Both the position numbers and the translations under genes were made by a program. A stretch of DNA of 64,000 nt from an uncultured Nitrospiraceae bacterium (GTDB taxonomy: Bacteria; Nitrospirota; Nitrospiria; Nitrospirales; Nitrospiraceae). Under the pieces are notes generated by a model. The model worked only from the letters and a program-made list of their open reading frames with translations, had not been told where the DNA came from and did not search any database. Of this stretch, positions 30,870 through 41,441 are shown piece after piece; position 1 is the stretch's first letter, and each line of letters starts with the position of its first letter. The DNA is taken from NCBI GenBank assembly GCA_963730935.1, contig CAVSTP010000001.1:32001-96000 (forward strand), in the 5' to 3' direction.

Positions 30870-32153
30870 ATGGCACGCAAGCGGGTCGTCATTATTGGAG
30901 GTGGGTTTGGGGGCCTGACGGCTGCCAAATCGATTCTCCACGCCGACGTGATGCTCATCGATCGTACCAACCATCACCTCTTCCAACCATTGCTCTACCA
31001 GGTGGCTACCGCGGCGCTATCTCCAGGCGACATCGCATGGCCATTACGCACGATGTTTCGTTCTCAGCCGAATGTCCACGTCGTGATGGACGAAGTCATT
31101 TCGATCGATCGGCGTACCCGGCTGGTGGCGGTCCGAAACGGCTCACCGATTGCGTTCGATATCCTTGTCGTCGCTCCCGGGTCTCGCCATGCCTATTTCG
31201 GGCACGACGAGTGGGAGTCCTTTGCCCCGGGTCTCAAGACCATGACCGACGCCGTCGGGCTTCGCGAGAAGATGCTATCCGCCTTCGAGGAGGCCGAACG
31301 GCGACGAGCCGCTACGGGCACACACGACCCGCTCACCTTTGTTATCGTCGGTGGCGGTCCCACCGGCGTCGAATTAGCGGGTGCGCTGGCCGAAATTGGA
31401 CGGAAGGCGATGGGACCGGACTTCCCTTCCTTGCGGCTCGACGACATGTGCATCCTGCTCGTGGAAGGTGGCCCCCGCATTTTACCGGGGTTCAGCGAAG
31501 ACCTTTCGGCGAAAGCCTCAACCGCCCTAGCTCGTATGGGGGTCACGGTGAGGCTGAAGAGCCTGGTGAGCGAAGTTCGGGAAAATGGCGTAAAGATCGG
31601 TGAGGAGTTTGTCCCGTCAACGAGCGTCATTTGGGCGGCAGGCAACAAAGCCTCACCGCTCTTGAACACCCTTTCGGTTCCTCAGGATGCGTCCGGTCGC
31701 GTCAACGTCCAACCGGATCTGACGATTCCAGGTGAGCCTTGGATCTTCGTGATCGGCGACGGCGCCCACTGTGTCGGGAATGATGGAAAGCCTTTGCCGG
31801 GCTTGGCTCCTGTGGCGATGCAGCAGGGCCGCTACGTCGCCAAACTCATCGATCGGCAGACGATTCCTGAACAGCGCCAGCCGTTCTCCTATGCTGACCG
31901 AGGCATGCTCGCCACGATCGGACGGGCCAAGGCAGTGGCGCAAATCGGCCGGCTGCATGTCTCAGGACTCCTCGCATGGCTACTCTGGTGCGTCGTACAC
32001 ATTTTTTTTCTGATTGGGTTGCGCAGTCGGGTTCGTGTGATGTCGGAGTGGATCTGGTACTACGTGACCTTCAAGCCGGGGGCAAGATTGCTCTTCGAGC
32101 AGCCGGCACGACCCCACAACGAGCCGGCGACGAGGCATCAGTCGAGCGAATAA
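30870..32153 (+). CDS. ndh: Type II NADH:quinone oxidoreductase
   Basis: IIGGGFGG, NHHLFQPLLYQVAT, VGGGPTGVELAG, WAAG, IGD, LAPVAMQQG and G.LATIGR motifs. Confidence 0.92.
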   Translation: MARKRVVIIGGGFGGLTAAKSILHADVMLIDRTNHHLFQPLLYQVATAALSPGDIAWPLRTMFRSQPNVHVVMDEVISIDRRTRLVAVRNGSPIAFDILVVAPGSRHAYFGHDEWESFAPGLKTMTDAVGLREKMLSAFEEAERRRAATGTHDPLTFVIVGGGPTGVELAGALAEIGRKAMGPDFPSLRLDDMCILLVEGGPRILPGFSEDLSAKASTALARMGVTVRLKSLVSEVRENGVKIGEEFVPSTSVIWAAGNKASPLLNTLSVPQDASGRVNVQPDLTIPGEPWIFVIGDGAHCVGNDGKPLPGLAPVAMQQGRYVAKLIDRQTIPEQRQPFSYADRGMLATIGRAKAVAQIGRLHVSGLLAWLLWCVVHIFFLIGLRSRVRVMSEWIWYYVTFKPGARLLFEQPARPHNEPATRHQSSE

Positions 32154-32628
32154 TCGAGGTGTCCGAGCCTCTCTTCAGCTGTTCGCGCGCTTCGCTCATC
32201 CCGGGCAGCTCAAAAATGAAATCGCTCGATGATTTTCCGTGACGAGTACACAGAGCCTACGGGGGTCCGCATGGAATCCTGATCGCCGTACCGTATCTCG
32301 TTCATTACGAAGCTCCACACGCAGGATCTTGAGTCCTGTTCAAGTCTGAGCCCTGCGGAATGCGCTTTGCTCTCGTCCTTCGGTGAGGAGGGCCATCACA
32401 TGCGCGATCCCGCCTTATGGACGAGTTGGTACATCGTTCTGCTGTGTTCCCATTCATGATCATCATCTTGCTGGTACGTGATTTTCTCGCCGGCCGCGGC
32501 CGCCGCCACCGCCACTGAAGGGACTGCCGCCTTCTGGTGAGCGTTGACTTCGCCCTCGAGAGATCACACACTGGCCTGAATGGCACGTGAAGCGGTGTGG
32601 TTGCCGTCGCCTGAGGAGTTACGCTGCA

Positions 32629-33252
32629 ATGAAGAGAAGATGCGCGGTTTCGGTCCTCGCTGGGGTGCTGGCCATGAGCGTGGTGGCGTTTCTGGACCGA
32701 GCGCAGGGAGGAGGAAAAACCGAAGTCATGCCGATGGTCAAGTCCGCGCCAGCGGCTGTTGTGATTGAAGCGACCGGGAACGAACCGGACCTCCGCAAGC
32801 AGTTACGGAGCAGGAATGTCGTTATGGAACTCGGCGCAACAGGGGTTCTTTTTTCCCAGGCGCCGACGGGAACCTACGGGTTCATTGCGCCGCAGGCTCT
32901 CGGGTTGGCGCTGGTGACCCAAAGTCCCGATCTCTTGCTGGAACGCAGCGCTCCTGCGTCCAACGCGTACGAAATTCACAAACTCGCAGACGGCAGCGGC
33001 ATGGTCGTGGGATTCATTGAGAAAGCGCTCATTGCCCAGGTGACGCCTGAGAACCGCCCACATCACATCCGGATTGCCCTCTGTTCGAATCGATCAGACA
33101 AGATGCTGTACATCGCCGCCGTGCCGCTGACGAAGCTCATGGTCGATCGGATGCCGGTCCGCTTGGAGCCCAAGAAGGCAGATGGTCCGGTCGTCCTCGA
33201 GATGGATCTGCAGGGGACGGCCAACCGCAAGTCCGTGCCGGGCCTGCAATAG
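32629..33252 (+). CDS. Exported hypothetical protein
   Basis: SD GAGGAG; N-terminal signal-like segment; coding-like codon usage. Confidence 0.65.
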   Translation: MKRRCAVSVLAGVLAMSVVAFLDRAQGGGKTEVMPMVKSAPAAVVIEATGNEPDLRKQLRSRNVVMELGATGVLFSQAPTGTYGFIAPQALGLALVTQSPDLLLERSAPASNAYEIHKLADGSGMVVGFIEKALIAQVTPENRPHHIRIALCSNRSDKMLYIAAVPLTKLMVDRMPVRLEPKKADGPVVLEMDLQGTANRKSVPGLQ

Positions 33253-33271
33253 CTTTTGCAGATGCGGGCTT

Positions 33272-34513
33272 TTAGAATCCCAGCTCTTTTTCGAGATCGG
33301 CCTGACCCTTCTTGAATTTGCTCTTTTCCGCTTCGTCCTTTTTCTTCGTCAACGCGTCGAGCTCCTCGGTCTTTTTCTTCGCGGCGGCCTCGTCCTTCTT
33401 GCGTGCGAGGTCTTGATGCTCTTCCTTCAATGACGCGACCTGCGCCGACTTGAGCGCCTCGTCCGTCACCGTCGTCCACACGAGGCGATATCCCGGCTGT
33501 CTGAGCGCTTGATCCTGATAGAGGACCACGTAGCGGGTGGGGTAGGTGCGCTGGCCGATTTGCCGCTCTTCAAGCACGTAGACCGTCGGCGAACCATAGA
33601 GATTGGGCTGATACATATCTAACGACAGTCTCATCATGTTACGGCCCTGCATGGATTGAATCCTGCCCATATACTCCGTGAACGCCTGCATGTTCTTGGG
33701 ATCAGGCGGCTTCTCGGTTTCCAGTTGCTTGCTTGCGGCATCCTGCGCCTGATCGAACGCCTGGTGTTCGTCCTGCAGCTGGTAGCGGAACTTGTCCTGA
33801 AAGTCTTCCAGTTTGAAGGGCCCTTTCTTGGCCTTGCTCTTGAAAAATCCTGCCGCATCGGCGCCCTTCGTGACATAGGAGACACGACCGAGCGCGGTGT
33901 TACTTGAATCAAAGAGGTACGCACTGCTGGGCGCGACCGTCAGTCCCAACTTGGCGGGATCCGGCGGCTGATCCGGTGTGTTGCCCGATCGCATGGAGAC
34001 GATACGTTGGCTCAATACCGTGAGCGCGGGGCCCTTTCCACGAGCCACCATTTGCATGACGGCTCGCCGCACATCCGGCACCGGATCGTTGGTCAATGGA
34101 ATCAACGCATCGACGTCGCTATCCTGAGGGCCGATCATGCCGATGGCGTCCGCCGCGGCAATCCGCAACTCGACATCGTCGTTCTTAAAGATCTTCAGGA
34201 TAGTGGGCATGTAGGTGCGATCGGCCGATGACCCAAGAGTGTGTAAGTCTTCTTTCACGATTTCAACCGCATCCTTCCGGACCTTCCCGCACTCTTCTTC
34301 CTTCGCAGGTTGAGGAAGGCAGCTACTGACGTACTTGGCCACGATTTCGTCTTTTGTGAGACGAGCCACTCTTGGCGAGGCACCGGAGCCTTTCCCTGGT
34401 GACGCATCTCTCGCCGCGAGCGAGGTCGCGGCGGAGGGAGTAGGTCCCGCCGCCGACCCGACGAGAAATACAGCAATTGCTGCAACGCCAGTACAGATTG
34501 AGCGTATCTTCAT
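33272..34513 (-). CDS. Exported HEAT-repeat protein with C-terminal coiled coil
   Basis: SD AGGAGG; signal peptide; HEAT-like units (ELRIAAADAIG.IG, LIPLTNDPVPDVRRA); K/E-rich tail. Confidence 0.75.
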   Translation of the reverse strand: MKIRSICTGVAAIAVFLVGSAAGPTPSAATSLAARDASPGKGSGASPRVARLTKDEIVAKYVSSCLPQPAKEEECGKVRKDAVEIVKEDLHTLGSSADRTYMPTILKIFKNDDVELRIAAADAIGMIGPQDSDVDALIPLTNDPVPDVRRAVMQMVARGKGPALTVLSQRIVSMRSGNTPDQPPDPAKLGLTVAPSSAYLFDSSNTALGRVSYVTKGADAAGFFKSKAKKGPFKLEDFQDKFRYQLQDEHQAFDQAQDAASKQLETEKPPDPKNMQAFTEYMGRIQSMQGRNMMRLSLDMYQPNLYGSPTVYVLEERQIGQRTYPTRYVVLYQDQALRQPGYRLVWTTVTDEALKSAQVASLKEEHQDLARKKDEAAAKKKTEELDALTKKKDEAEKSKFKKGQADLEKELGF

Positions 34514-34548
34514 ACGAGTTCCTCCTGAACCGGATCCCAAGGCTTGGG

Positions 34549-35250
34549 CTATTTCTTGGCGTCCGCCACGCTTTTCACCCGGGGATGAGCTTCCCCCTGC
34601 CGTTCTTTCTCCGTTGCGATCTGCCTCAACGCGTCTTGAACGCTGCGATCGAGTGAACAAAACGGTTTCATTTTGTCTAGCTCAGCTTTGAGTCTCTCCA
34701 GTTCCTTCCGGTAACCGGCCTGTTCTTCCCTCATGTAGTCCACCACGCGCTGCTTGTCCCGCCAGTCCACGAAGGGATTCACACTCTTGTTCGCCTCGCA
34801 GGCTTTCCTATGGACCGACTCATGATCTTGCAGTGCACCGCGCAGGCAGAGCGTGGCGTCCGGATCGATGGTGGTTGCGCAGGTGGCATCCGTTTCAGCT
34901 CCAAACGATCGCGCGTTCGATATTCGGACGCCGGACATTCGAAACCCTACGGAGCCTTGCACGCTGCCTCGGTTTTCGTGGGTCAGGAAGAGCGATTCCT
35001 TCGCCCCCTTCTCCTTAGTCTCCCATTCCTTAATTAAGGCCTCATATTCCTTGATCGCAGCTTCCACTTGCTTGATACGGCTTTCCAGGTCCGTTTTGTC
35101 TTGATCCCTGCAACTGCAGGCGACTGGGACATTCAAATTCTTTTTGATTTCGGCGGCCAAATCGACTCCGGTCGCTCCCATGGAGGATGGGGGCCAGAGG
35201 AAGGCCATGAACAGGAACAGGCGAAAGGTCGTAGCATTCAAAATCGTCAT
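34549..35250 (-). CDS. Exported hypothetical protein with HExxH motif
   Basis: SD AGGGGG; signal-like N-terminus; DHESVH; downstream EE..GY..E; six Cys. Confidence 0.65.
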   Translation of the reverse strand: MTILNATTFRLFLFMAFLWPPSSMGATGVDLAAEIKKNLNVPVACSCRDQDKTDLESRIKQVEAAIKEYEALIKEWETKEKGAKESLFLTHENRGSVQGSVGFRMSGVRISNARSFGAETDATCATTIDPDATLCLRGALQDHESVHRKACEANKSVNPFVDWRDKQRVVDYMREEQAGYRKELERLKAELDKMKPFCSLDRSVQDALRQIATEKERQGEAHPRVKSVADAKK

Positions 35251-35276
35251 AGATCCCCCTATACCACCAAGGCTCA

Positions 35277-36701
35277 ATGCAGTATAACGGCGCCGTGAAT
35301 CTGTCGAGACTACGTGACGCGCTTCTTTTTGCCGTACTTGTAACAGGTGGCCTGGCCCTTTATTCCGGCGCCTTTCGTGGCGGGTTTCAGTACGACGACT
35401 ATTTCGCCATTCTTCTCAACCCCCACCTTGAAGGGTGGCGCACATTCGCCCACGATCTCGATCATATGGTCAGACCTCTGTTGCAGGTGACGTTCCTCCT
35501 GGATCGTTCTCTGCATGGAAACAGCCCGGCCGGCTATCATCTGCTGAATCTCATTCTCCATTTCGCTTCGACCGTTCTCGTCTATCGAATTCTCACTGTC
35601 GCTGTTGCGGAGGAAAGTCGGGCCATTCCTTGGTGGACGGCGGTTGTGTTTTTTATCCATCCCATCACAACTGAGACGGTCACGTACATTTCCGGACGGG
35701 CCTCAGGTCTCATGGCATTTTTCTATCTCTTGGCATTCTTCCTCTACATCGAGGCGGCGAAGAGGCACGATAATGGCCAGGTCCGACGGCTCTGCCTGGC
35801 AGGGGCGGTCGTGTCCCATCTGTTCTCGTTCGGCTCGAAAGAAACCGCGATGACATTTCCGCTCGTCCTCCTGCTGTGGGATGTGGTGATTCGACGGCAT
35901 GATGCGGTCTCGCTCCGCCGAAGCGTTCTCACCAACCATCTTCCGTTTTGGATCGTGCTGTTGGCGGTCGCAAGCTGGGCATGGAAGCATCCGCGCTATG
36001 CGAATCTTGCAGAATTCAGCTTCACCTTGCGCCCCTTATGGGATAACTTTCTGAGCGAAATCCACGCGGTCGCCTATGCCGTTGTTCTGTTCTTGTGTCC
36101 CTGGAAGCTAAACATCGACCATGATCTGCCGGAATTCCATTCGCCAGCGCAGTGGCCGTTGCCCCTCGATGTTTGTCTTCTCGCCGGATTGGTCACCGCG
36201 GGCCTCGTCGCTGTCCGGAGACTGCCGTTGTTCTCGTTCGGCATAGGATGGTTCTTTGTCTTGCTCCTGCCGACCAGTCTTATTCCGCGTGCCGATCTGT
36301 TAAGCGAACGAAACCTATACCCGTCTTTTCTCGGCCTGGCGCTAGCTATCGTCGTCTTTGGCTCGCGGGTCGTCGAGTGGCTCGTGACGCTCCTGGGACG
36401 AGCGAGATTGGTTCGGTTGAGCGCGAACGGTCTTGCGATTGCGCTCTTGCTCATGCTCTGTTTCTTCACGTACCAACGGAATGCGCTGTACCGTAGCGAG
36501 GTCTCGCTCTGGGGTGATGCAGTTCATAAGTCTCCGACAAAGGCGAGACCGCACAACAACCTGGGACATGCCTATGCGATGCAAGGCGAATGGGACCGAG
36601 CGATCGAGGAATTTCGCATTGCCGCCCAATTGGACCCAGAGTATGCGCTCGCTCGGAAAAACCTCCGTGACGCCTACCTCCACGTCGTTGGCCGGAATTA
36701 A
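35277..36701 (+). CDS. TMTC-like GT-C membrane glycosyltransferase with C-terminal TPR
   Basis: F.YDD...I..NP, RPL, YHL.NL.LH, HP..TE.V.YISGR, SKE.A and ER.LY motifs plus TPR (RPHNNLG...AIEEF..A..LDP.Y..A..NL). Alternative GTG start at 35295. Confidence 0.75.
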   Translation: MQYNGAVNLSRLRDALLFAVLVTGGLALYSGAFRGGFQYDDYFAILLNPHLEGWRTFAHDLDHMVRPLLQVTFLLDRSLHGNSPAGYHLLNLILHFASTVLVYRILTVAVAEESRAIPWWTAVVFFIHPITTETVTYISGRASGLMAFFYLLAFFLYIEAAKRHDNGQVRRLCLAGAVVSHLFSFGSKETAMTFPLVLLLWDVVIRRHDAVSLRRSVLTNHLPFWIVLLAVASWAWKHPRYANLAEFSFTLRPLWDNFLSEIHAVAYAVVLFLCPWKLNIDHDLPEFHSPAQWPLPLDVCLLAGLVTAGLVAVRRLPLFSFGIGWFFVLLLPTSLIPRADLLSERNLYPSFLGLALAIVVFGSRVVEWLVTLLGRARLVRLSANGLAIALLLMLCFFTYQRNALYRSEVSLWGDAVHKSPTKARPHNNLGHAYAMQGEWDRAIEEFRIAAQLDPEYALARKNLRDAYLHVVGRN

Positions 36702-36704
36702 CAC

Positions 36705-37541
36705 CTAGCCGCTCGGCGTTTGCAATGCCATTTGTCCGTATCGAAGGAGCCTGGTTGCCTGTTCCCAGCGATCCGTGACATTCAGTCCCACCAGCAGCAG
36801 TCGATGTCCGTCTTTGAACATGCTGGCGATGAGGCAGCGCCCCGCTTTGCTGGTATAGCCGGTTTTCACTCCGTTGACGTCCGGGTCGGTCAGTAGGTCG
36901 TTGGTGCTGTGGAGCACTATATGACGGGCGCCATCAACCGTGCTGATGTCGCGGACCACGGTTCGGACCATCATCGAAATCGCGGGGATGTCGAGCGCGT
37001 GTTGTGAGAGTTTGGCCAAATCAGTGGCCGTGGAATAATGGCCGGGCGCGTCGAATCCGCAGGCGTTGGTGAAGTGGGTATTCATCAATCCCAAGGTCCT
37101 CGCGCGCTCATTCATCAGCGTTACGAATTTATCTGCACCGCCCCCGATGTGCCAGGCCACGGCCTCACAGGCATCGTTCGCACTTGTCATCAGCATAGCG
37201 GTGACGAGATCGCGGAGGAGATATTCTTCACCGCCTTGGAGATGGAGCGAGGAGCGGTGAATCAGCGCCCGTCCATCGATCTTCACCACTTCTTGAAGAG
37301 GGGCCGTTTCCAGCGCTACCAACGCCGTCATGATTTTGGTGAGGCTGGCGGGGGGAAGCCGGCGGGTCGCGTTTTTTTCCAACAGAACCCGCCCGGATTG
37401 GAGTTCGATCAGGTACAGGGCTGAGGCATTGATGATAGGGCGGTCCGCCGAGTCCTGCGCGGGGACGCTATGAGGAAGCGCGGTCAACACCGTCGCCATC
37501 GCGGCGACGACCAGCCACTTTTCCCGCCGGAAATGGACCAT
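36705..37541 (-). CDS. D-alanyl-D-alanine carboxypeptidase (peptidase S11)
   Basis: PASLTKIMT (SxxK), SAND (SxN) and KTG motifs. Confidence 0.92.
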   Translation of the reverse strand: MVHFRREKWLVVAAMATVLTALPHSVPAQDSADRPIINASALYLIELQSGRVLLEKNATRRLPPASLTKIMTALVALETAPLQEVVKIDGRALIHRSSLHLQGGEEYLLRDLVTAMLMTSANDACEAVAWHIGGGADKFVTLMNERARTLGLMNTHFTNACGFDAPGHYSTATDLAKLSQHALDIPAISMMVRTVVRDISTVDGARHIVLHSTNDLLTDPDVNGVKTGYTSKAGRCLIASMFKDGHRLLLVGLNVTDRWEQATRLLRYGQMALQTPSG

Positions 37542-37550
37542 GTGGGACGC

Positions 37551-38372
37551 CTATTTGCCGAACAGGCCCTTCATGAAGTTGGTAGCCTTGTCCATATCGG
37601 ACGGCTCTTCGGCCGGCGGCTGAGGTTCCGGAGTCGGAGTCGTCTCTTGCGGTGTGACAACCTCGGGTCTTGTGCCGGGCTGACGCATACCAGGCGACTG
37701 CCCTGTTCCGCTCATATCTGGCCTGCCCATTGGTTGCCCCATCCCGGGGCGGCCCATGCCCGGCGCGCCCATCATACCCATACCGCTCATATCGAGCTTC
37801 GTGAAGTCTTCTGGAATCTCGAAGAGCTTTGGATCCTGCCTCTCGATCTTGAGATTGCTGAGTTCTGTCAGCATCCGCTTTTTGTCGTTCCCTTCCTTGT
37901 AGAGGAGGTCCTGCTTTAGGTTGATGCCTTCTTTCGTGCGCCAGGAAAAGCCGCCAAATTTCTTCCCGTCCGTGCTCGTGGCGATGGTCTTGTACTTCGT
38001 CACCTTCACGCCGTTGAGCGTTTCTTCGCCCATCGCCGTGTCTTCATAGGTCCACTGCGACGGATCGTTGCCTCGGCTCTGGCCGCCCATCATGGAATGC
38101 TCCATGTACATCTTTTGCGACGGCATGAGCATCCACATGACTTTGTTGTCGTACCGGAAAATCTGGACCGCTCCATCTCCGGAACCTGTGAGTATTTCCT
38201 TGCGCTCCTTCGTCGGTGTGACGTAGACACGTTGCTGGATCGTGCCCTCTTCATTTTGGATTGTCGAATCGGCTGAGTACTCGGCTTGAGGACGGCTCAT
38301 TTGAGCTGCATCTGCAGGAAACCAGGCCAAGAGATTCACAAGAGCGACTGCCACTGCGATAAGATGTGACAT
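37551..38372 (-). CDS. Exported DUF4412-like protein with M/G/P-rich low-complexity tail
   Basis: SD AAGGAG; signal peptide; I.R.D....W.LMP..K.Y, G.ET.NG....KY and LFEIP.DF motifs. Confidence 0.7.
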   Translation of the reverse strand: MSHLIAVAVALVNLLAWFPADAAQMSRPQAEYSADSTIQNEEGTIQQRVYVTPTKERKEILTGSGDGAVQIFRYDNKVMWMLMPSQKMYMEHSMMGGQSRGNDPSQWTYEDTAMGEETLNGVKVTKYKTIATSTDGKKFGGFSWRTKEGINLKQDLLYKEGNDKKRMLTELSNLKIERQDPKLFEIPEDFTKLDMSGMGMMGAPGMGRPGMGQPMGRPDMSGTGQSPGMRQPGTRPEVVTPQETTPTPEPQPPAEEPSDMDKATNFMKGLFGK

Positions 38373-38553
38373 AGCGAACTCCTTCCCTTTGCGTTGCGTG
38401 TAAAATTGAGCTCGGGTCTCTTTCGGCCGGGCTACCAACGAACCGTTCCATCTTGAAATGCCGAGGAAGGGTATCGCCGCATAGGGAAGAAGTAAAGAGG
38501 GCAATTCCGTAGGATGATCAGCTAGCCTCACTGAATTGGTCATACGCTCCGGG

Positions 38554-41235
38554 CTATTCCCCGGACTGCTGAATGAGCTTCGCGACTAACCCCGTCCAAC
38601 CCGTTTGATGACTTGCGCCGATTCCGGCGCCGTTGTCGCCGTGAAAGTACTCATAGAACAGGAGATGGTCCTGCCACTGCGGATCCCGTTGGAATAGCAC
38701 TTCTCCACCGAACACCGGTCGCCTGCCTTCGGCATCCCGAAGAAAAATGCCGATCAGCCGCTGTGAAAGCTCTCTCGCCACCTGCCAGAGCGTTGCCTGC
38801 TGTCCTGACCCGAACGGATACTCCACCCGATAATGATCGCCGAGAAAGTAATGAAATTTTTGCAGTGATTCGATCAGCAGATAGTTGACGGGAAACCAGA
38901 TCGGGCCGCGCCAGTTGGAATTCCCGCCGAACTGGTAGGTGTACGACTCCGCCGGCTCGTAATCCACCCGGTGTTCGTGCCCCATGACGTTCAGCACGTA
39001 GGGATGATTCTTATGGTACCGAGAAAGAGCGCGAATGCCGTAGGGGGAAAGGAACTCGTTCTCGTCGAGCAGATACCGCATGACCGAGCGTAGCCGGTGC
39101 CGGTTGACGAGTGAGAGAAAGCGACGCACACCGCCCTCATAGGTCTGCGTTTCCACGTGCTGTGAAAATTCCGGCCGATTTTCGAGGAACCACTGCATCC
39201 GATGTTTGAACCGCGGCAGACGGTCGATGAGCGTCGAGTCAAGGGTTTCCACCGCGAACAACGGGATCAAGCCCACCATGGAACGGACCTTCATGTGGGT
39301 CGTGTCTCCGTTCGGCAGATGCAGCACGTCGTAAAAAAAACCGTCGGTGCGATCCCACAGCTCGATGTGCTTGCCGCCCATATTGTTCACTGCACGGCAG
39401 ATGTACACGAAATGCTCAAAGAATTTGCTGGCGACATCTTCGTACGCCCTGTTGTCACGCGCGAGCTCCAGCGCCATGGTCAGCATGTTGAGGCAGTACA
39501 TGCCCATCCAGCTGGTGGCATCGGACTGTTCGAGGTGCCCTCCCGTGGGCAGGGGTGCGCTGCGATCGAAGACCCCGATATTGTCCAGGCCGAGAAAGCC
39601 GCCCTCAAAAATGTTCTTGCCCTCCGTGTCCTTCCGGTTGACCCACCAGGTGAAGTTCAACAGCAGTTTGTGAAAGACCCGTTCGAGAAAGACCCGGTCG
39701 CCGGACCCTTTTCGTTTTTGATCGATTTTGTAGACCCGCCAGGCCGCCCATGCATGTACCGGAGGATTGACGTCCCCGAAGGCCCATTCATACGCGGGCA
39801 TCTGACCGTTGGGATGCATGTACCACTCCCGGAGCATCAGCACGAGCTGTTCCTTGGCGAACGTCGGATCGACGAGCGCGAACGGGATGCAGTGAAACGC
39901 CAGGTCCCACGCGGCGTACCACGGATACTCCCACTTGTCCGGCATGGAGAGGACGTCCGCATTGTAGAGGTGAGTCCAGTCGGCATTGCGGCCGCGCTCT
40001 CGCTCGGGCGGCGGTTCCGGTCCCATGGGATCGCCCTTCAGCCAACGACTCACGTCATAGTGATAGTACTGCTTGCTCAGCAGCAGGCCGGCGAAGGCTT
40101 GCCTCTGGACGCGTCGGGCGTCTTCGGACAGGCGACGGGGAGCCAGCGTATCGTAAAATTCGTTCGCTTCGTGGATCCGGGCATCGAAAACCGCCTCGAA
40201 ATTCTGCCGCGTGAAGGTATCCGGATGCGCCTCATTGGTGAGGCGCATCCGGATGCTGGCTGTGGCGCCGGGCGGCAGCGTCAGTGTGTATTGGGCCGCT
40301 GCTTTGCTGCCGACGTGATCAGGATTGACCGCCGTCTTGTGCCCATTCACGACATAGTCATGAAAGCCGTCCTTGGTATAGCGCGGCCCCTCTTCGTCGT
40401 CATACAGGCGTCCCGAGTTTGTTTCGTTTTCGGTGAACAGGAGCGTCGGCTGTTTGTCGCAGAGCAATCGCCGCAATCCGTAGTATTCGTGAACGGTCTC
40501 GATGACACTGGCATCCGCGACCGGCTCGCCTGCATGAAAACGCGGACGTCTGATATCAGAGCCCCATGACCAGGTGTTGCGATACCAGATGGTGGGCAGC
40601 ACCGTGAGTTCTGCCGTGTCGGGCCCACGATTGACCGCCTGTACCCGTATGCAAATGTCTTCGGGAGACGACTTCGCGTATTCGACGAAGACATCAAAGT
40701 AGCGATGCTTATCGAAACAGCCGGTGTGGACAAGTTCGTACTCAGGCTCGAGACGGCTACGACGTCGATTCTGTTCGACTAACCGATCATAGGGAAAGGC
40801 CGTCTGCGGGTACTTATAAAGGTACCTCATGTAGGAGTGGGTCGGCGTGGAATCCAGATAGAAGTAATACTCCTTGACGTCCTCGCCGTGGTTGCCTTCA
40901 TGGCCGGTGAGGCCGAAGAGGCGTTCTTTCAAGATCGGATCATGACCGTTCCAGAGCGCCAGGGCAAAGCAGATGTACTGGTGACGGTCACAGAGGCCGG
41001 CGAGCCCGTCTTCATTCCAACGGTAGGCTCGTGATCGTGCGTGCTCATGCGGAAACGCTTCCCAGGCGGTACCGGAGGCACTGTAGTCTTCGCGCACAGT
41101 GCCCCAGGCGCGTTCGCTCAGATAGGGGCCCCAGCGTTTCCAATGCTTTTCGCGGCGTGCGTCCTCTTCGAGACGTTGCTCTTCGGCCGTGAGAGGGGGA
41201 CGTGTCGTCAGACGGGGTTGTCGGCGTGAAGCCAT
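38554..41235 (-). CDS. GH63-like (MGH1-type) glucosidase
   Basis: [54 protein letters not shown] and [18 protein letters not shown] motifs. Confidence 0.88.
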   Translation of the reverse strand: MASRRQPRLTTRPPLTAEEQRLEEDARREKHWKRWGPYLSERAWGTVREDYSASGTAWEAFPHEHARSRAYRWNEDGLAGLCDRHQYICFALALWNGHDPILKERLFGLTGHEGNHGEDVKEYYFYLDSTPTHSYMRYLYKYPQTAFPYDRLVEQNRRRSRLEPEYELVHTGCFDKHRYFDVFVEYAKSSPEDICIRVQAVNRGPDTAELTVLPTIWYRNTWSWGSDIRRPRFHAGEPVADASVIETVHEYYGLRRLLCDKQPTLLFTENETNSGRLYDDEEGPRYTKDGFHDYVVNGHKTAVNPDHVGSKAAAQYTLTLPPGATASIRMRLTNEAHPDTFTRQNFEAVFDARIHEANEFYDTLAPRRLSEDARRVQRQAFAGLLLSKQYYHYDVSRWLKGDPMGPEPPPERERGRNADWTHLYNADVLSMPDKWEYPWYAAWDLAFHCIPFALVDPTFAKEQLVLMLREWYMHPNGQMPAYEWAFGDVNPPVHAWAAWRVYKIDQKRKGSGDRVFLERVFHKLLLNFTWWVNRKDTEGKNIFEGGFLGLDNIGVFDRSAPLPTGGHLEQSDATSWMGMYCLNMLTMALELARDNRAYEDVASKFFEHFVYICRAVNNMGGKHIELWDRTDGFFYDVLHLPNGDTTHMKVRSMVGLIPLFAVETLDSTLIDRLPRFKHRMQWFLENRPEFSQHVETQTYEGGVRRFLSLVNRHRLRSVMRYLLDENEFLSPYGIRALSRYHKNHPYVLNVMGHEHRVDYEPAESYTYQFGGNSNWRGPIWFPVNYLLIESLQKFHYFLGDHYRVEYPFGSGQQATLWQVARELSQRLIGIFLRDAEGRRPVFGGEVLFQRDPQWQDHLLFYEYFHGDNGAGIGASHQTGWTGLVAKLIQQSGE

Positions 41236-41441
41236 CCGGGACCCTTACTAGGAGGATGACAAGACATCAGTCGGCCAGCGACAATAGAGGACAGGGCAGC
41301 CTAGTCGTGCCTCCAAGCGGAGTCAAGCGATCGGCGCAGGGGAAGAACGGCTCCGAATGCTCAGTGATCATTCCCCATTTCGCTAGAATGTTTCCTAGTT
41401 CTGCATTTCCTGGACCGGCGAACAAATAGAATGAGGTCATT

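Noticed and set aside
32400..32540. Selenocysteine read-through of TGA 32457
   Set aside because: No SECIS-like hairpin right after the TGA and no redox motif context.
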